This document shows, piece by piece, positions 1-16,974 of a DNA stretch of 64,000 nt (its first letter is position 1; each line of letters begins with the position of its first letter). The notes under the pieces are model-generated. The model did no database searches. It was given only the letters and a program-made list of their open reading frames with translations, and was not told the DNA's origin. Made by a program: the position numbers and the translations under genes. The DNA comes from Macrostomum lignano (lineage: Eukaryota), in NCBI GenBank assembly GCA_002269645.1, contig NIVC01000106.1:434001-498000 (forward strand). Direction: 5' to 3'.

Positions 1-1166
1 GAGTCGCTTCATCAAACTGGCGCAGGCGCGGCTGTGAATGTTTTGTCAAAGTCTGCCGCAATCATCGAGCAAACAAACTTTAAGTGACGCAACAGCGCGT
101 CAGCGCTGGCAAAAGTGCGCAATAAAATTCAGTAAATTTTGCACTGCGTTCAAAACGGAGCAGCGAGTTAAAGGCTCCCGCCTTCGCCAGTGCGCGGTTG
201 CGAGAGCGACTGCTGTTCTCAGGCTCTCAGGCTACAGCAGCCTGGCCAATTATCGTGAAGGAAGGGATGACGGCAGGCAGGGAGGGGAGCAAGACTGGAG
301 GATTGCGGTGATATTGAAGGTCAAACCTGAGCAAGATCTAATGAGTTTTGATTGCTTTGTAGAGGTTCATTCATTGAATGTTACTGTAAGTAGAACAATG
401 CAAAAATGCGCAGCAAAACTTAAACTTCTTTAAGTTAAACTTAAACGTTACGCTCCAAAGATCTTAAGCTTGCTGGAGCAGCTAAGCGAGGCTACATCTC
501 TGAGGGAAATAAATAGCGTTTGGTAAGCCTTTGTTCGAGTCTTCGTTATTTGATTATTGAGAGCGATTTTATTGCCGGCCATTACTGATCAGTTGAATTA
601 CTGAGTTAATTGAATTTGAGGCCTCCCTCCTAAGGGATTGGATAGGATCTGCGGACCCTTTAAGGATTATCGATTTAATTGATTTTGATACCCTAGAGTA
701 ACCGATAGGGGCACACGACTCCGATTCGGTTATTTCTAGAAGAAGACGCCCTTTCTGAAGGACGTCGTTATTGCTATGAAGTTGACTTTGTTATTAGGGC
801 GCATCTCTGATAATTGACTTCTGCACTCGAGAAATTCTTCGACGTCGACGGATTAAATTGTAACGCGCTCACATTCGGCCGATTTTTAGAATTCAAGAAG
901 ACTACTCCGGAGGAAGACTCCATAGAAGACTACGAGCCCTACGAACCTGCCCGACAAAGAAGAGGAGCCCGCACCCGTGAGTGATCACTGAATTTTGTTC
1001 CCAGGCTTAAGGTCTGGAAGTGAGAGTTTTCGGGTGACTGATCACCACCCGATTAAACTCTTCAGCTTGATGGCTTGATAATTTTGATAGTTCTTGTAGA
1101 TAAATGCAAATTTTCAATTTCTACAGCACGGCAAACACAATAGACAGCCAGCTGCTTAGTGCTTAC

Positions 1167-1269
1167 CTCAGCCATGGAGCTGCACGAGTGCCTTCGGCTG
1201 CTCAAGGGCGGCTGAGTCGCTGCGGAGGTGATGACAGAGCTGATGTGCTGCGCTGAGTTTGAGGTGCGT
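1167..1269 (-). other. Candidate upstream exon (M-A-E) for an ankyrin copy predicted left of the window
   Basis: Same segment with donor variant GAG|GTAAGC at 1166. The donor consensus is retained despite substitutions. Confidence 0.4.
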
Positions 1270-1310
1270 CTGAGAATGGAGGCGGGACTTACGATGACGG
1301 TGGTGTACAA

Positions 1311-5588
<4,278 letters not shown>

Positions 5589-6415
5589 GGCACTCACCGG
5601 TTACTGTTTGTGAACTGTGCTGTGAGGATTCAGAAGCAAAACAGTAAAGTTTTGCCTGTGGCTTCTCTGCTCCAAAAAGCCAATGCAGTCTAAGAAAATT
5701 CTCGAGTCTGCCTGAGGCCGATGTGAGCTGAGACGCTCCAAGAGGCCCCTTCTGCATCTCTTAAAGAGATGCTCGAAACGAAGAAAGGCAGAAAAGAAGG
5801 CAGACAGAGAGAGCAGCAAGCAGATGGAGAACAATAGCGAGCTCAGCATCCATGCCCGCCTCTGTGCACCCAGCCTGATGAAGCTACTGTATTGAATTGA
5901 GCTGAATTGTTTTCAGATGCTCGGACAGGTAAAGGGCTGCCACTGCACTCATACGGTCTTGAGCATAGAGACAGCTCTGGCCCCCTATGCTGTTGCTAGG
6001 CAGCTCAGACCCCAACCTCACAGAGGTGGAATCGAGCTCGGAGACGAAGTGCTGGGGAAGGCGGGGACCCCAAAGGCATTGAACTGAATGGTCAATTGAA
6101 ATGACAGCAGTGCACAGTTTTAAAGCACAGTTGCACAGTTTTAATTTTGTACAAGCGATTCGGTAAGACTTCGGTAAGAGAGTGTTTTCATATTTGAAAA
6201 AATGTCGAAAACGCTGCTTGCTATTCTTGCTCTAGAGAAGTGTGCTGGCTGTCTAATGGTGGGTGCGTTAGATAAGGGGCAAGGGGCTGCAGGTCGGGAA
6301 TGCAGGTTGTCTGTTAGATCACAACTAAGGTCCTTACAGTACATTTTCATGTAATGACTCGCTAAAGTAAAAAAGTAATGAATAGTCCCTACGGTCAGAA
6401 TCAGGAATCAGAATT

Positions 6416-7286
6416 AGGGATCAGGATTGGGGATCAGGATTAAGGATCAGGATTAAGGATCAGGATTGAGGATCAGGATTGGGGATCAGGATTGGGGATG
6501 GAGATTGGGGATGGAGATTGAGGATCAGGATTGGGGATCAGGATTGGGGATCAGGATTGGGGATCAGGATTGGGGATCAGGATTGGGGATCAGGATTGGG
6601 GATCAGAATTGGGGATCAGGATTGGGGATCAGGATTGGGGATCAGGATTGGGGATCAGGATTGGGGATCAGGATTGGGGATCAGGATTGGGGATCAGGAT
6701 TGGGGATCAGGATTGGGGATCAGGATTGGGGATCAGGATTGGGGATCAGGATTGGGGATCAGGATTGGGGATCAGGATTGGGGATCAGGATTGGGGATCA
6801 GGATTGGGGATCAGGATTGGGGATCAGGATTGGGGATCAGGATTGGGGATCAGGATTGGGGATCAGGATTGGGGATCAGGATTGGGGATCAGGATTGGGG
6901 ATCAGGATTGGGGATCAGGATTGGGGATCAGGATTGGGGATGGAGATTGAGGATCAGGATTGGGGATCAGGATTGGGGATCAGGATTGGGGATGGAGATT
7001 GAGGATCAGGATTGGGGATGGAGATTGAGGATCAGGATTGGGGATGGAGATTGAGAATCAGGATTGGGGATCAGGATTGGGGATCAGGATTGGGGATGGA
7101 GATTGGGGATGGAGATTGAGGATCAGGATTGGGGATCAGGATTGGGGATGGAGATTGAGGATCAGGATTGGGGATCAGGATTGGGGATCAGGATTGGGGA
7201 TGGAGATTGAGGATCAGGATTGGGGATCAGGATTGGGGATGGAGATTGAGGATCAGGATTGGGGATCAGGATTGGGGATCAGGATT
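6416..7286. repeat. 13-bp minisatellite (GGGGATCAGGATT)n, copy 1
   Basis: Direct 13-bp periodicity, with variant GGGGATGGAGATT. Confidence 0.98.
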
Positions 7287-7624
7287 ATTGGGAGTGAAAC
7301 AGCCGGTCACATTGAGACTGAGGAGATGCTCGACCATCCTTGCAGCGGTGCTAAAATCAAATAATTCAAAGATTCACTACTATAATTGCAGCCTTGGGGA
7401 CAACAAAGTTAATAATTTTGAGTGTCATCCAGCAATAAAGCGAGTTTGAAGCTGTGGTTCAAGAATCGAAGCAGTAGGCTAATGCTCCCAAACTGGAGAA
7501 CCTGATTTACTGGCACAATTATGTACATTAAATTGAAGAGTCAGATTCAAATACACTTGATGAAGAATTTTTACACAGCTGATGCCCTTTGCTACAGTTA
7601 GGGTACACAAGTGTTTTGTCAAAG

Positions 7625-7884
7625 ACAGCATCCGCGGTCGCATACTGGCGCACATCGGCGACATCCGACACGCCCGCGACACTCCGGTGGCCCGCCACTT
7701 CACCAGCGATGGCCACAGCCTGGCAGACTTCGCCTTAACCGGCGTGTGGACTCAGGACGGCGCAGGACCGAAGGCCAATGAACGGCGTCAGCGCCAAGAA
7801 GCCAAGCTGATTGATGTCCTGAGGACCCGTTTTCCGCATGGCGCCAACGAGATTTTGGCCGTTGTGCAGCATCCGAGGCCCTAG
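7625..7884 (+). mobile_element. Penelope-like GIY-YIG 3' remnant (copy 1)
   Basis: Matches 31441-31700. The RT part has been removed by a 1399-bp deletion with ACAG microhomology. Confidence 0.88.
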
Positions 7885-8581
7885 TTGTCATGGTGAGGGA
7901 CCGGCTGGAACGACACTGCGAGGCCCCGGTGCTGCCAGCCTACACCAAGGGCAGGAGCCTCCGGGAGTTGCTCTGCCGCAGTCGGCTCGAACCTGCCAAT
8001 TAACATATTCAGGTATTTTTGCTCTCCCTACTCTGCGTTTTTTCTGCTCCTCTGCCATTGTTTGTACTTGTTTGTTGACTCTGTCACCTTGTGCGGTGCG
8101 GTAACTCTTTCTACGCAACGTTTATTTCTTACCTATTTAATTTTTTTGTTTTACATTATCGGGTGATATTCTATTTGGAAATATCTTATTTGACATTTAA
8201 ATGTCGGTAAGGCCTTCTTGTATTGTTGTAACAATTTATTTATTATCCAGTTTTTGTTTTTTATTCTATTTATTTTGATCTATTACTCATCATACTCAAT
8301 CTATTTATTTTGCCAATTTATAGTTCTCGTATATTTCTCTATGTACTATCGTATTTTAATTTTTACAATCAATCTTTGCCATAGCTTGACTGCGCATTTG
8401 GGGCAAAAAATGTGCGCCTCTCTCCCAGTAATGAAAATGGCAGTCCAGCACCCATCCTCAGGATTCCCTGTTGCCACCTTGATGCCACCCTCGGTGCCTT
8501 TCCTTTTCCCCTCCTAAACTGATGATTTTAAATATTCTGCTTTTGTTTTAAACTCGCAGCATCCCCACTTTCTGTACTTCA

Positions 8582-9218
8582 TCGAGGCTGCTATTTTTTG
8601 TGCCGAGGCGCCGACGGACAAGCGACGAAGCTTCCGTGCTGTCAGCAGTTCGTCTACCTCGGCTGTCTGGTGCCTGACGTTTGCGAGGACCTGCGACGTC
8701 TTCGTGGACTTGCCTGGGCTGCTTTCCGTTCCGTGAGGGTTGTCCTGCAGTCCGAGGCGCTGCCCGACTGCCAGAGGGCGGCGTTGTTCCAGGTGGTAAT
8801 CGAGACCGTCCTGCTGTACAACGCCGAGACCTGGACGCTGACGGATTCGCTCGAACAGCTGGTCGATGCGGCGCACGCTGGCCTGCTGCGCGCCGCCTTC
8901 AAGATCGGCTACGAGCGAGTGACCAATGCGGCACTCTATCGCCGCACCGGCCTGTCCCGCCCCAGCGAACTGTTGCGCCGTCGGCGACTCCAGCTGGCAG
9001 GCCAGTTCATCCGAGCCGAGTCGTACTGCTCACAGCCGGTGCAGGAGGTGCTGCTACTGACGCTACAGGCACCCTACCGGCGGGGGCAGGCGCGTACTCG
9101 GCGTTTCGTCGACTGCCTGCTGGCTGATGCCGGCGCCCCGGACAACTGCCGGCGGCGCCGCCTAGGTTCGCGCCCAGGCCTTGAAACGCGCCTTGTGACA
9201 TTGTCTGCTAACTGATTG

Positions 9219-9306
<88 letters not shown>

Positions 9307-10750
9307 GGTACTGCTCCCGCCGGCCACGCAGTAGCCAGAAAGGGGGGAGCAGTCAGAAAGCGCGTCTCTGGGCCATTGCCCTCAGGAAGTCGCATCCCCC
9401 TGCTTGGTCCGGGGCGCCAGCGTCACTCAAAAGTCGGTTAGGGTATCGCACCGTTTGCCCTTGGCCTCGCCTCCGCGGTCCCTGCAGCTTGAGCAGCAGC
9501 ACGTCGTGTAGCGGCTCAGGACAGCGGGCCTCCGACCGGATGACGTGGCCAGCCAGTCGAAGTCGCCGCCCGCGCAGCAGGTCAGAAGGCCGCGTCAGGC
9601 GCGCCCTAGTGTAGAGCGCGGCATTGGTCTCGCTGCCTGGGCCGCTGCGCACTCCGAAAGCCGCACGCAGCATTGCCGCATGCGCAGCGTCCAGCTGCCT
9701 CTCCAAGGCGTCCGTCAGGGTCCAAGTCTCGGCGTTGTACAACAGGACAGTCTCGACGACTGCCTGAAACAGCCGAGCCTTGAGCCCGTCGTCCAGGGCC
9801 TCAGATTGGAGCACGGAGCGCACAGATCGAAATGCGGCCCAGGCCAGTCCTCGTCGTCTCTTCAGGTCGTCGGCAACGTCCGGCACGGAACCGCCGAGGT
9901 ACACAAAGCGCTCGCAGCGGGTAAGCATAAATGCATTCCCGGCAGCGTCTCGGTAATTGATCTCGGCCGGCAAGTCGGAGGGCACCGGGAACACTGTCTT
10001 CCGCGCGTTCAGCTTAAGGCCAACCCGCGACGCTGCCGCCATCAGGCCATCAAGCAGCCGCTGGGCACCTTCAGCCGTCGATGAAAGTAGCGCGAGGTCG
10101 TCCGCGTAGCCGAGAACGGAGAGCCGCTTCTCCGGGTGCCGCCGACTCGTGCGTCTTCTCAAAAGGAAGCCGTCATCCAGGTTGGGCAGGCCGGTTTTCA
10201 GCACCCAGTCCAGTGCCAGCACAAACAGAAAAAGCGCCAAAGTGTCACCCTGCAGCACGCCTGACGACGTGCTGAATTGATCTGACAGTCCATCTGGCGT
10301 CATCACCGAAGCGGTCGTGTCCTGGTACATCGCCATGATGGCGGAAATCAGTTGCTCCGCTACATTGTACGCACGAAGCACGAGAGGCAGCGCGCCGCGA
10401 GCCAGCGAGTCGAAGGCCTTGAGGAAATCAATGAAGATCACCACGAGACTTGACTGATGGATGCGCGCCTCCTCGATGATGCGGCGGAGGGCTAGGATCT
10501 GCGTCACTGTGCCGCGATGTGGGCGGAACCCGTTCTGCTCAGTTCGCAGGAACTGGTCCAGCACAGGCTGTAACCGAGCCAGCAGCACCCGGTTGAACAG
10601 CTTAGCGGCGCAGGACATAAGCGAGATCCCCCTGTGCTCCTCCTTCCGTGTCGTGCCTGGCTTCTTCGGGATCGCGACGATGTGCGCGGTTGTCCACTCG
10701 CGGGGCGCGGCCCGCGAGGTTTGATTGACAACGTATTTTGTTGTTGTTGT
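8582..10750 (+). mobile_element. RTE-type LINE A, short 5'-truncated 3' fragment (interrupted by LINE B at 9224-10721)
   Basis: Translation FVYLG...LAWAAF...VLLYNAETWTLT (post-RT region of RTE-clade ORFs), a (TTG)4 tail, and 9-bp TSD TGTACTTCA at 8573-8581 and 10751-10759. Confidence 0.88.
9224..10721 (-). mobile_element. RTE-type LINE B, 5'-truncated, with RT domain
   Basis: RT motifs EQNGFR, FIDFLKAFDS, GVLQGDTL, YADD and FVYLG. (GTT)29 tail at 9220-9306. 11-bp TSD TGATTGACAAC at 9213-9223 and 10722-10732. No endonuclease domain. Confidence 0.93.
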
Positions 10751-12328
10751 TGTACTTCAGAAATATTCATACAAACGGATCAAGCGGCTCGAATATGCAT
10801 GTGCTCTGCCCGAGGTTTATTGGCCAGACTTTTAACCATTTGGAAGCCAAAGGCCTGCACTGCAGGCCATATCGAAACGGCCCAAAAATCCAGAGATTGA
10901 ACAATGTCTATGGCATTAAAAACCATCTCCCAATCACTAAAGCAACTGCCCAGTATGGCCTGCTGTGCAGGTCATGATTGATTTAAAGAAGTCCATTGTG
11001 CATTTCCGTTATGTTTTCACTCAAATGTTAAAGGTGAAATAAGCGTGTGCAGTGAAAATATGAGGTGATGCACAAATGTATGTTTTGGTCGTATTAAATG
11101 TAGCTAACTTTAATCACTTCACTTTCGTCTGGATTTTCTGGTAGATCGATGCTTGGATTGATGGTAGAAACCCTCGGAATTCCGGCACCCCGTCATGGTC
11201 AAACGAGTTGTCATTTCGACCCTTTCTTACTGGGTCCAGGGGGCTAATTCAACCCATTCCGCGGTCGCCTCATCTTGGCTCTCATCAGTTTCTGGATCCA
11301 TACTTTCCGACTCCGTTTCTGACTCAAAAACCGTTGAGTCATCGCTTGATAAAGCGTCTTCCGAATCGGAATCGAGTCCCAGTCTGCGCAAGGCGTCACT
11401 TTTAGCTGTCCTTATCGGGCGCGTAGAAGCAATTTGTGGGTAGGAAGGTTTGAACAGGAGCTAGCAGAAAAGTCTGTGGTATACTTTACTTCTGGGCTTC
11501 TAGGGTGTGCACTCGATTCAGCAAAAAAGACAAATTTGTCTATGGACTGCTCTGCAGGCCTTTGAGCTTTTAAGCGATCTTACAGAACCAAGCTTGGTAT
11601 AGCTATGATTATTGGTAATATCAGATATTTGGCAATAATGAAGCTGAACTTGTGCTAAACGGCTCTGTTTTGTTTCAAACTGCTTTCTGTCTGCGTAGCA
11701 ATGGATAAATAATCAGCGGTCCTAGTGTCGTGCTGCGACCGCTGATTATTTGCATTGTTATGCTGCTTGATCATCCTACAAACAATGCATTGTTGCATTA
11801 TTAGTAATATATTGTTCTGCATAAAAATGTAAATAATGATCGTCAAATTGCTAGACAATGAATGGAGGCTTCACGTGCGACAGATTTTGTAGCTACCAGG
11901 GTATTTTGAGGAATTCGTGTAGAAAGACATCACCACAAGTTTCGATTTTGAATTACAAAATGTACATTTCATGTATCTGAATTGCGTGTATCTGCAAGTT
12001 CAGCTTATTTCATTTTTATATTTATTAGTCGATTTTCGTTGCAAAAATACTTTCGGCTCCTATCTGTGCAGCGAGAAAATTAAATATCATTTGCAGCTTA
12101 CAATTGGAGGAGCATAATACGGCATGTGCATCTACTTGTACGAGTACCATGTGAAATTATGTTGTGTATGAACGAGTATATAGTGTGCCAGGATTCCAAG
12201 AGTGAACTGAGTGTAAAAGTGTGAGTGTGAGAGAGACAGTGAGAAAGGGAGTGTGAGGGAGTGAGTGAAAAAGTGAATGAGTGAGTGAGTGTGAGAGAGT
12301 GAGTGTGAGAGAGTGAGTGAATGAGTGA

Positions 12329-12583
12329 GGGTGAGAGAGTGAGGGTGAGAGAGTGAGGGTGAGAGAGTGAGGGTGAGAGAGTGAGGGTGAGAGAGTGAGG
12401 GTGAGAGAGTGAGGGTGAGAGAGTGAGGGTGAGAGAGTGAGGGTGAGAGAGTGAGGGTGAGAGAGTGAGGGTGAGAGAGTGAGGGTGAGAGAGTGAGGGT
12501 GAGAGAGTGAGGGTGAGAGAGTGAGGGTGAGAGAGTGAGGGTGAGAGAGTGAGGGTGAGAGAGTGAGGGTGAGAGAGTGAGGG
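12329..12583. repeat. 14-bp minisatellite (GTGAGAGAGTGAGG)n within a GA/GT-rich tract
   Basis: Direct periodicity. The copy-2 equivalent (~35700-35810) has essentially one unit. Confidence 0.95.
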
Positions 12584-14406
12584 TTAGTTAAATTTTCAAC
12601 ACAATTCAATTTACAATAAAATTCAACTTACAATAAAGTTCTATTTCCAAAACAAATAACATAAAAAACATTTCTATGTTTTTGTATTTTTGGGTCCAGT
12701 TGGTTTTCAAACCTTCACCAGTCACCTGAGCAAAAGAGCCTGTCGTGGGCGAAGTTTAAAGGGCACTTCTTCTAATCCAACCATTGGCCGATGTCAGGGA
12801 CTCTGTCCGAGATATCAATAATTGAATAGCGACGCATGCAGGAGGGGGGATATTTCTGCGTATGGGAATTCTTAATCACTTTGATTATTTATAAAACATA
12901 AAATACAGGGACATACATACAACAAAACAATTTTTATGGAAGCAATCATGCTAGCTACTGGCTCCGGTTTAAGACGGGTTTTAAGATCAGAAAGCCAAAT
13001 TCATATAGAGAGAAATAGCTATAGCTAGCTAATTAGAAAATATAGGAATTCAGCACTTGCTTATTAATAATAACGCTGAAGTGCTTGATAAAATGTCCAT
13101 AATTGGGTCATTTTGGGAGATTTATAAATTGAATAACATAAGGGAGAGTTGCCTCCGCCAGCGTACGCCACTAGCTATATACATTCAATATCGAGCAAAA
13201 TATTATTTAAACATATTGTGACCAACATAGCTGAATCCCACACATAAACAAGCCCAAACAAAGGAGAATATCGTAAAACCTAAGTTAAATCTATTAGTTA
13301 AAATTTGATATTGCAAGGCTTAGCTATGGTGAGGGAAATCAAGGGGTCAGGTAAGGGTGAACTATTAAGATACCAGTAAAGCTAAATATAACAATTAATA
13401 ACAACTAATTCACTAGGATTAGCAATTTGATTCCATTAGCTACACGAAAACGAAGCACAAAAAAGCCCACAGAAAAAGCAAATTCACTTGGTTAAACTGA
13501 GTATCGATGAAATGAGAAATATGATTAAGGATCATGCTAAAGCAAATGAATGTAACAAAAAATAAACATGTCAATATCAATTTAAAGCCAAAAACTGGCT
13601 TCAAACTTAAAACAGGGTTTAATCATGGAGGAAAGAATCTATTCATGGCTTTAATGTTATCAAATAATTCTTCATAGGTTTCGACAGTTCTCAAAAAAAT
13701 CAGGCAAAGGAAAATGTGAGAATTACAATATTCTAATTAACTCACTTCTAAATTAATACTCTGTAACCATTATTTAGTAGTAAAATCGATTTAACTAATA
13801 AAACAAAAAGGATAAAAAAAATCTGCATTTAAAAGTCCACTTCAGTAGCATTTATTGGTATCCCACAGAATGCAACTACTCGTATTACTACGAGTAACAC
13901 AAACAGGATTAGCTAGCAATGCCAATAAACTGATCAGCATTTAAAGGTTCTATTTATCAGCATTTTGCAGTCGCTACGAGTATACATAAACCACAGAAAA
14001 TACACAGAAAAGTTAGTCAGCTCTCTCGCACAGAACCTGCTGATGTAGCAAGTTTGCTTTATACCTCTTTTAATTGATTAGGAGACATGCTTATACCACG
14101 AGCTAACAAAGAATAGCAGTTGAAGTCGCATGGTGGTTTACCAATAGCTATAACAATTATATAAGTTTTCTAACAAATTTACTAGAATACTCGCAATTTT
14201 ACGATGTAGCTATCTCATCCTTGATTTTCAAAAGAAATAATTTCGAACTCACTTGTTTCAAGCCAGTTTAAAGGTAGTTTTAGTAACCAACTTAAACAAC
14301 CAACCATTCCATGCATTATTCTGTGGTACTACCATGACATTGACAATATTAGCAACAGAAACTGCCAGAACAAGATACCGTCTGTTGCCTTGCCTATGGC
14401 CTAAAA

Positions 14407-16974
14407 TTACCTTCTTAACTTAAAAATGTTGGCTATTGCCCCAAAAAAGACAGCACGCCTTGTGCGAACAAAACTTGACAGTCGATCAAAAACAAGCTTG
14501 CACTGAAATTGTTCGCAGATTGATAAAACAGACCGACGTGAGCTATCTCTGTCAGTGAGACAGTCTGGTCCGAGCTCGTTCACCAGCCACTCGAGTGATG
14601 AGCTGCTCACAGCATTGAAAGCAGCACAGTGCACTGCAGTCATGTTCTTCCATCCTCTCAGCTTGAAACACTCGACTCCATTCATCTTCTCTTTGATGAG
14701 CTGCATTGATTCCGCCTTCTGGAACTCAGCCGCAATGTGGATGACTGTGTCATTGTTTGCATCTCTGTCAGTGAGACAGTCTGGACCGAGCTCGTTCACC
14801 AGCCACTCGAGTGCTGAGCTGCTCACAGCATTGCCAGCAGCACAGTGCACTGCAGTCGTGTTGCAACTTTCTCTCAGCTGGAAACACTCGACTCCATTCA
14901 TCTTCTCTTTGATGAACTGCATTGATTCCGCCTTCTGGACAGAAGCCGCAATGTGGATGACTGTGCCATTGTCTGCATCTCTGTCAGTGAGACAGTCTGG
15001 TCCGAGCTCGTTCACCAGCCACTCGAGTGCTGAGCTGCTCACAGCATTGCCAGCAGCACAGTGCACTGCAGTCATTTTGTTCATTCTTCTCAGCTTGAAA
15101 CACTCGACTCCATTCATCTTCTCTTTGATGAACTGCATTGATTTCGCCTTCTGGAACTGAGCCGCAATGTGGATGACTGTGTCATTGTCTGCATCTCTGT
15201 CAGTGAGACAGTCTGGTCCGAGCTCGTTCACCAGCCACTCGAGTGCTGAGCTGCTCACAGCATTGCCAGCAGCACAGTGCACTGCAGTCATTTTGTTCAT
15301 TCTTCTCAGCTTGAAACACTCGACTCCATTCATCTTCTCTTTGATGAACTGCATTGATTTCGCCTTCTGGAACGCAGCCGCAACATGAATAACTGTGTCA
15401 CTGTTTGCATTTCTGTCAGTGAGACAACCTCGTCCGAGCTCGTTCACCAGCCACTCGAGTGTTGAGCTGCTCACTTCATTGCAAGCAGCCCAGTGCACTG
15501 TAGTCGTGTTGCAACATCCTCTCAGCTTGAAACACTCGACTCCATTCATCTTCTCTTTGATGAACTGCATTGATTCCGCCTTCTGGAACTGAGCCGCAAT
15601 GTGGATGACTGTGTTATTGTTAGCAGCTCTGTCAGTGAGACAGTCTGGTCCGAGCTCGTTCACCAGCCACTCGAGTGCTGAGCTGCTCACAGCATTAAAA
15701 GCAGCACAGTGCACTGCAGTCATGTTTTGCCTTCCTCTTAGCTTGAAACACTCGACTCCATTCATCTTCTCATTGATGAACTGCATTGATTCCGCCTTCT
15801 GGAACTCAGCCGCAATGTGGATGACTGTGTTATTGAATTGATCTCTGTCAGTGAGACAGTCTGGTCCGAGCTCGTTCACCAGCCACTCGAGTGCTGAGCT
15901 GCTCACAGCATTGCAAGCAGCCCAGTGCACTGCAGTCCTGTTGTTGAATCCTCTCAGCTTGAAACACTCGACTCCATTCATCTTCTCTTTGATAAACTGC
16001 ATTGATTCCGCCCTCTGGAACTCAGCCGCAGTGTGGATGACTGTTAAATGTTTTGCATCTCCGTCAGTGAGACAGTCTGGTCCGAGCTCGTTCACCAGCC
16101 ACTCGAGTGCTGAGCTGCTCACAACATTGCATGCAGCACGGTGCACTGAAGTCATGTTTTGCCTTCCTCTCAGCTTGAAACACTCGACTCCATTCATCTT
16201 CTCTTTGATGAACTGCATTGATTCCGCCTTCTGGAACTGAGCGGCAATGTGGATGACTGTGTCATTGTTTGCATCTCTGTCAGTGAGACAGTCTGGTCCG
16301 AGCTCGTTCACCAGCCACTCGAGTGTTGAGCTGCTCACTTCATTGCAAGCAGCACAATGCACTGCAGTCATGTTGTTAATTCCTCTCAGCTTGAAACACT
16401 CGACTCCATTCATCTTCTCTTTGATGAACTGCATTGATTCCGCCTTCTGGAACTCAGCCGCAGTGTGGATGACTGTGTTATTGTTTGCATCTCTGTCAGT
16501 GAGACAGTCCGCTTCGAGTTCGAACATCAGCCATTGGAATGTCGATCCATGATGTGTGAGATTCTCAGCTGCCCTATGCATCACTGTTTTCTGCCTGCTA
16601 TCTCTTGCTTCGAATGGGTTCCAGTCCGCTTCTGCTGCCTGCAGCTTCTGTTTCAGGAACTCCATCGTCTCCGCAGTCTGACTCTTCGCTGCCAGGTGAG
16701 TCACCGAGTCGCCATCGCTATCAACCAGCCGAAATATGTCGACCCCGTGCCCCATCTCCAGTAATCGAAGAACCGGCAGTCCGTCTCTGTGCCGAGCTGC
16801 AGCAAAAATGACGCCTTTGGCGAAGTCTTCTCCAGGTCCGACGATGCTCTCGGACACCTGGAACAGCAGATCATCAGTCAGCCGTTCGTCTCCGGCTGCT
16901 ACCGCCTGCTTGATCTGCCTAAAGAGATGCTGAGAGGCCTCGTATTCGCTGAACTCGCTGGGACTCAGAGCTCT
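14407..16974 (-). CDS. Ankyrin-repeat protein, large terminal exon (copy 1): divergent N-terminal repeats plus 9 x 72-aa di-ankyrin modules
   Basis: 816-aa ORF with repeated TxxHxAA motifs (TVIHxAA / TAVHxAA) and 216-bp periodicity. The track start at 16857 is GTG. The frame stays open for 39 more codons up to an acceptor-like site (minus strand CTAAT...TTCCGATTTCAG|AGA), so the exon probably starts at 16974 in phase 0. Confidence 0.9.
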   Translation of the reverse strand, partial: RALSPSEFSEYEASQHLFRQIKQAVAAGDERLTDDLLFQVSESIVGPGEDFAKGVIFAAARHRDGLPVLRLLEMGHGVDIFRLVDSDGDSVTHLAAKSQTAETMEFLKQKLQAAEADWNPFEARDSRQKTVMHRAAENLTHHGSTFQWLMFELEADCLTDRDANNNTVIHTAAEFQKAESMQFIKEKMNGVECFKLRGINNMTAVHCAACNEVSSSTLEWLVNELGPDCLTDRDANNDTVIHIAAQFQKAESMQFIKEKMNGVECFKLRGRQNMTSVHRAACNVVSSSALEWLVNELGPDCLTDGDAKHLTVIHTAAEFQRAESMQFIKEKMNGVECFKLRGFNNRTAVHWAACNAVSSSALEWLVNELGPDCLTDRDQFNNTVIHIAAEFQKAESMQFINEKMNGVECFKLRGRQNMTAVHCAAFNAVSSSALEWLVNELGPDCLTDRAANNNTVIHIAAQFQKAESMQFIKEKMNGVECFKLRGCCNTTTVHWAACNEVSSSTLEWLVNELGRGCLTDRNANSDTVIHVAAAFQKAKSMQFIKEKMNGVECFKLRRMNKMTAVHCAAGNAVSSSALEWLVNELGPDCLTDRDADNDTVIHIAAQFQKAKSMQFIKEKMNGVECFKLRRMNKMTAVHCAAGNAVSSSALEWLVNELGPDCLTDRDADNGTVIHIAASVQKAESMQFIKEKMNGVECFQLRESCNTTAVHCAAGNAVSSSALEWLVNELGPDCLTDRDANNDTVIHIAAEFQKAESMQLIKEKMNGVECFKLRGWKNMTAVHCAAFNAVSSSSLEWLVNELGPDCLTDRDSSRRSVLSICEQFQCKLVFDRLSSFVRTRRAVFFGAIANIFKLRR

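Noticed and set aside
38-980. ORF 38-433 and plus-strand exon-like islands (e.g. 890-977 ending in GTGAGT), repeated in each unit
   Set aside because: No recognisable domain, no coherent spliced frame, and recurrence is explained by the segmental duplication.
6466-7449. GIRIGDQDWGSGL-repeat ORFs (also 23509-28745, 58838-59795)
   Set aside because: Artefacts of the 13-bp minisatellite, open in all three frames, with no unique coding content.
9162-9614. Poly-Thr / poly-Cys ORFs
   Set aside because: Translations of the LINE B (CAA)n tail.
8330-11460. Possible decayed piggyBac-like transposase on the minus strand (acidic SDSE-rich stretch at ~11250-11440, DFFKSIMT, FCPKCAVKL near 8400)
   Set aside because: The motifs are short, lie in different frames with stops, and no TTAA-flanked TIRs were found. 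Too weak without an HMM search.
14555-16811. Plus-strand ORFs MRQSGPSSFTSHSS... (also 37836-40092)
   Set aside because: Antisense shadows of the ankyrin modules, broken by stops wherever the sense codon changes.
14407-16974. Diversity-generating retroelement explanation for the ankyrin variation
   Set aside because: Substitutions are not adenine-specific, there is no template-repeat/variable-repeat pair, and the nearby RTs are ordinary RTE and Penelope types.
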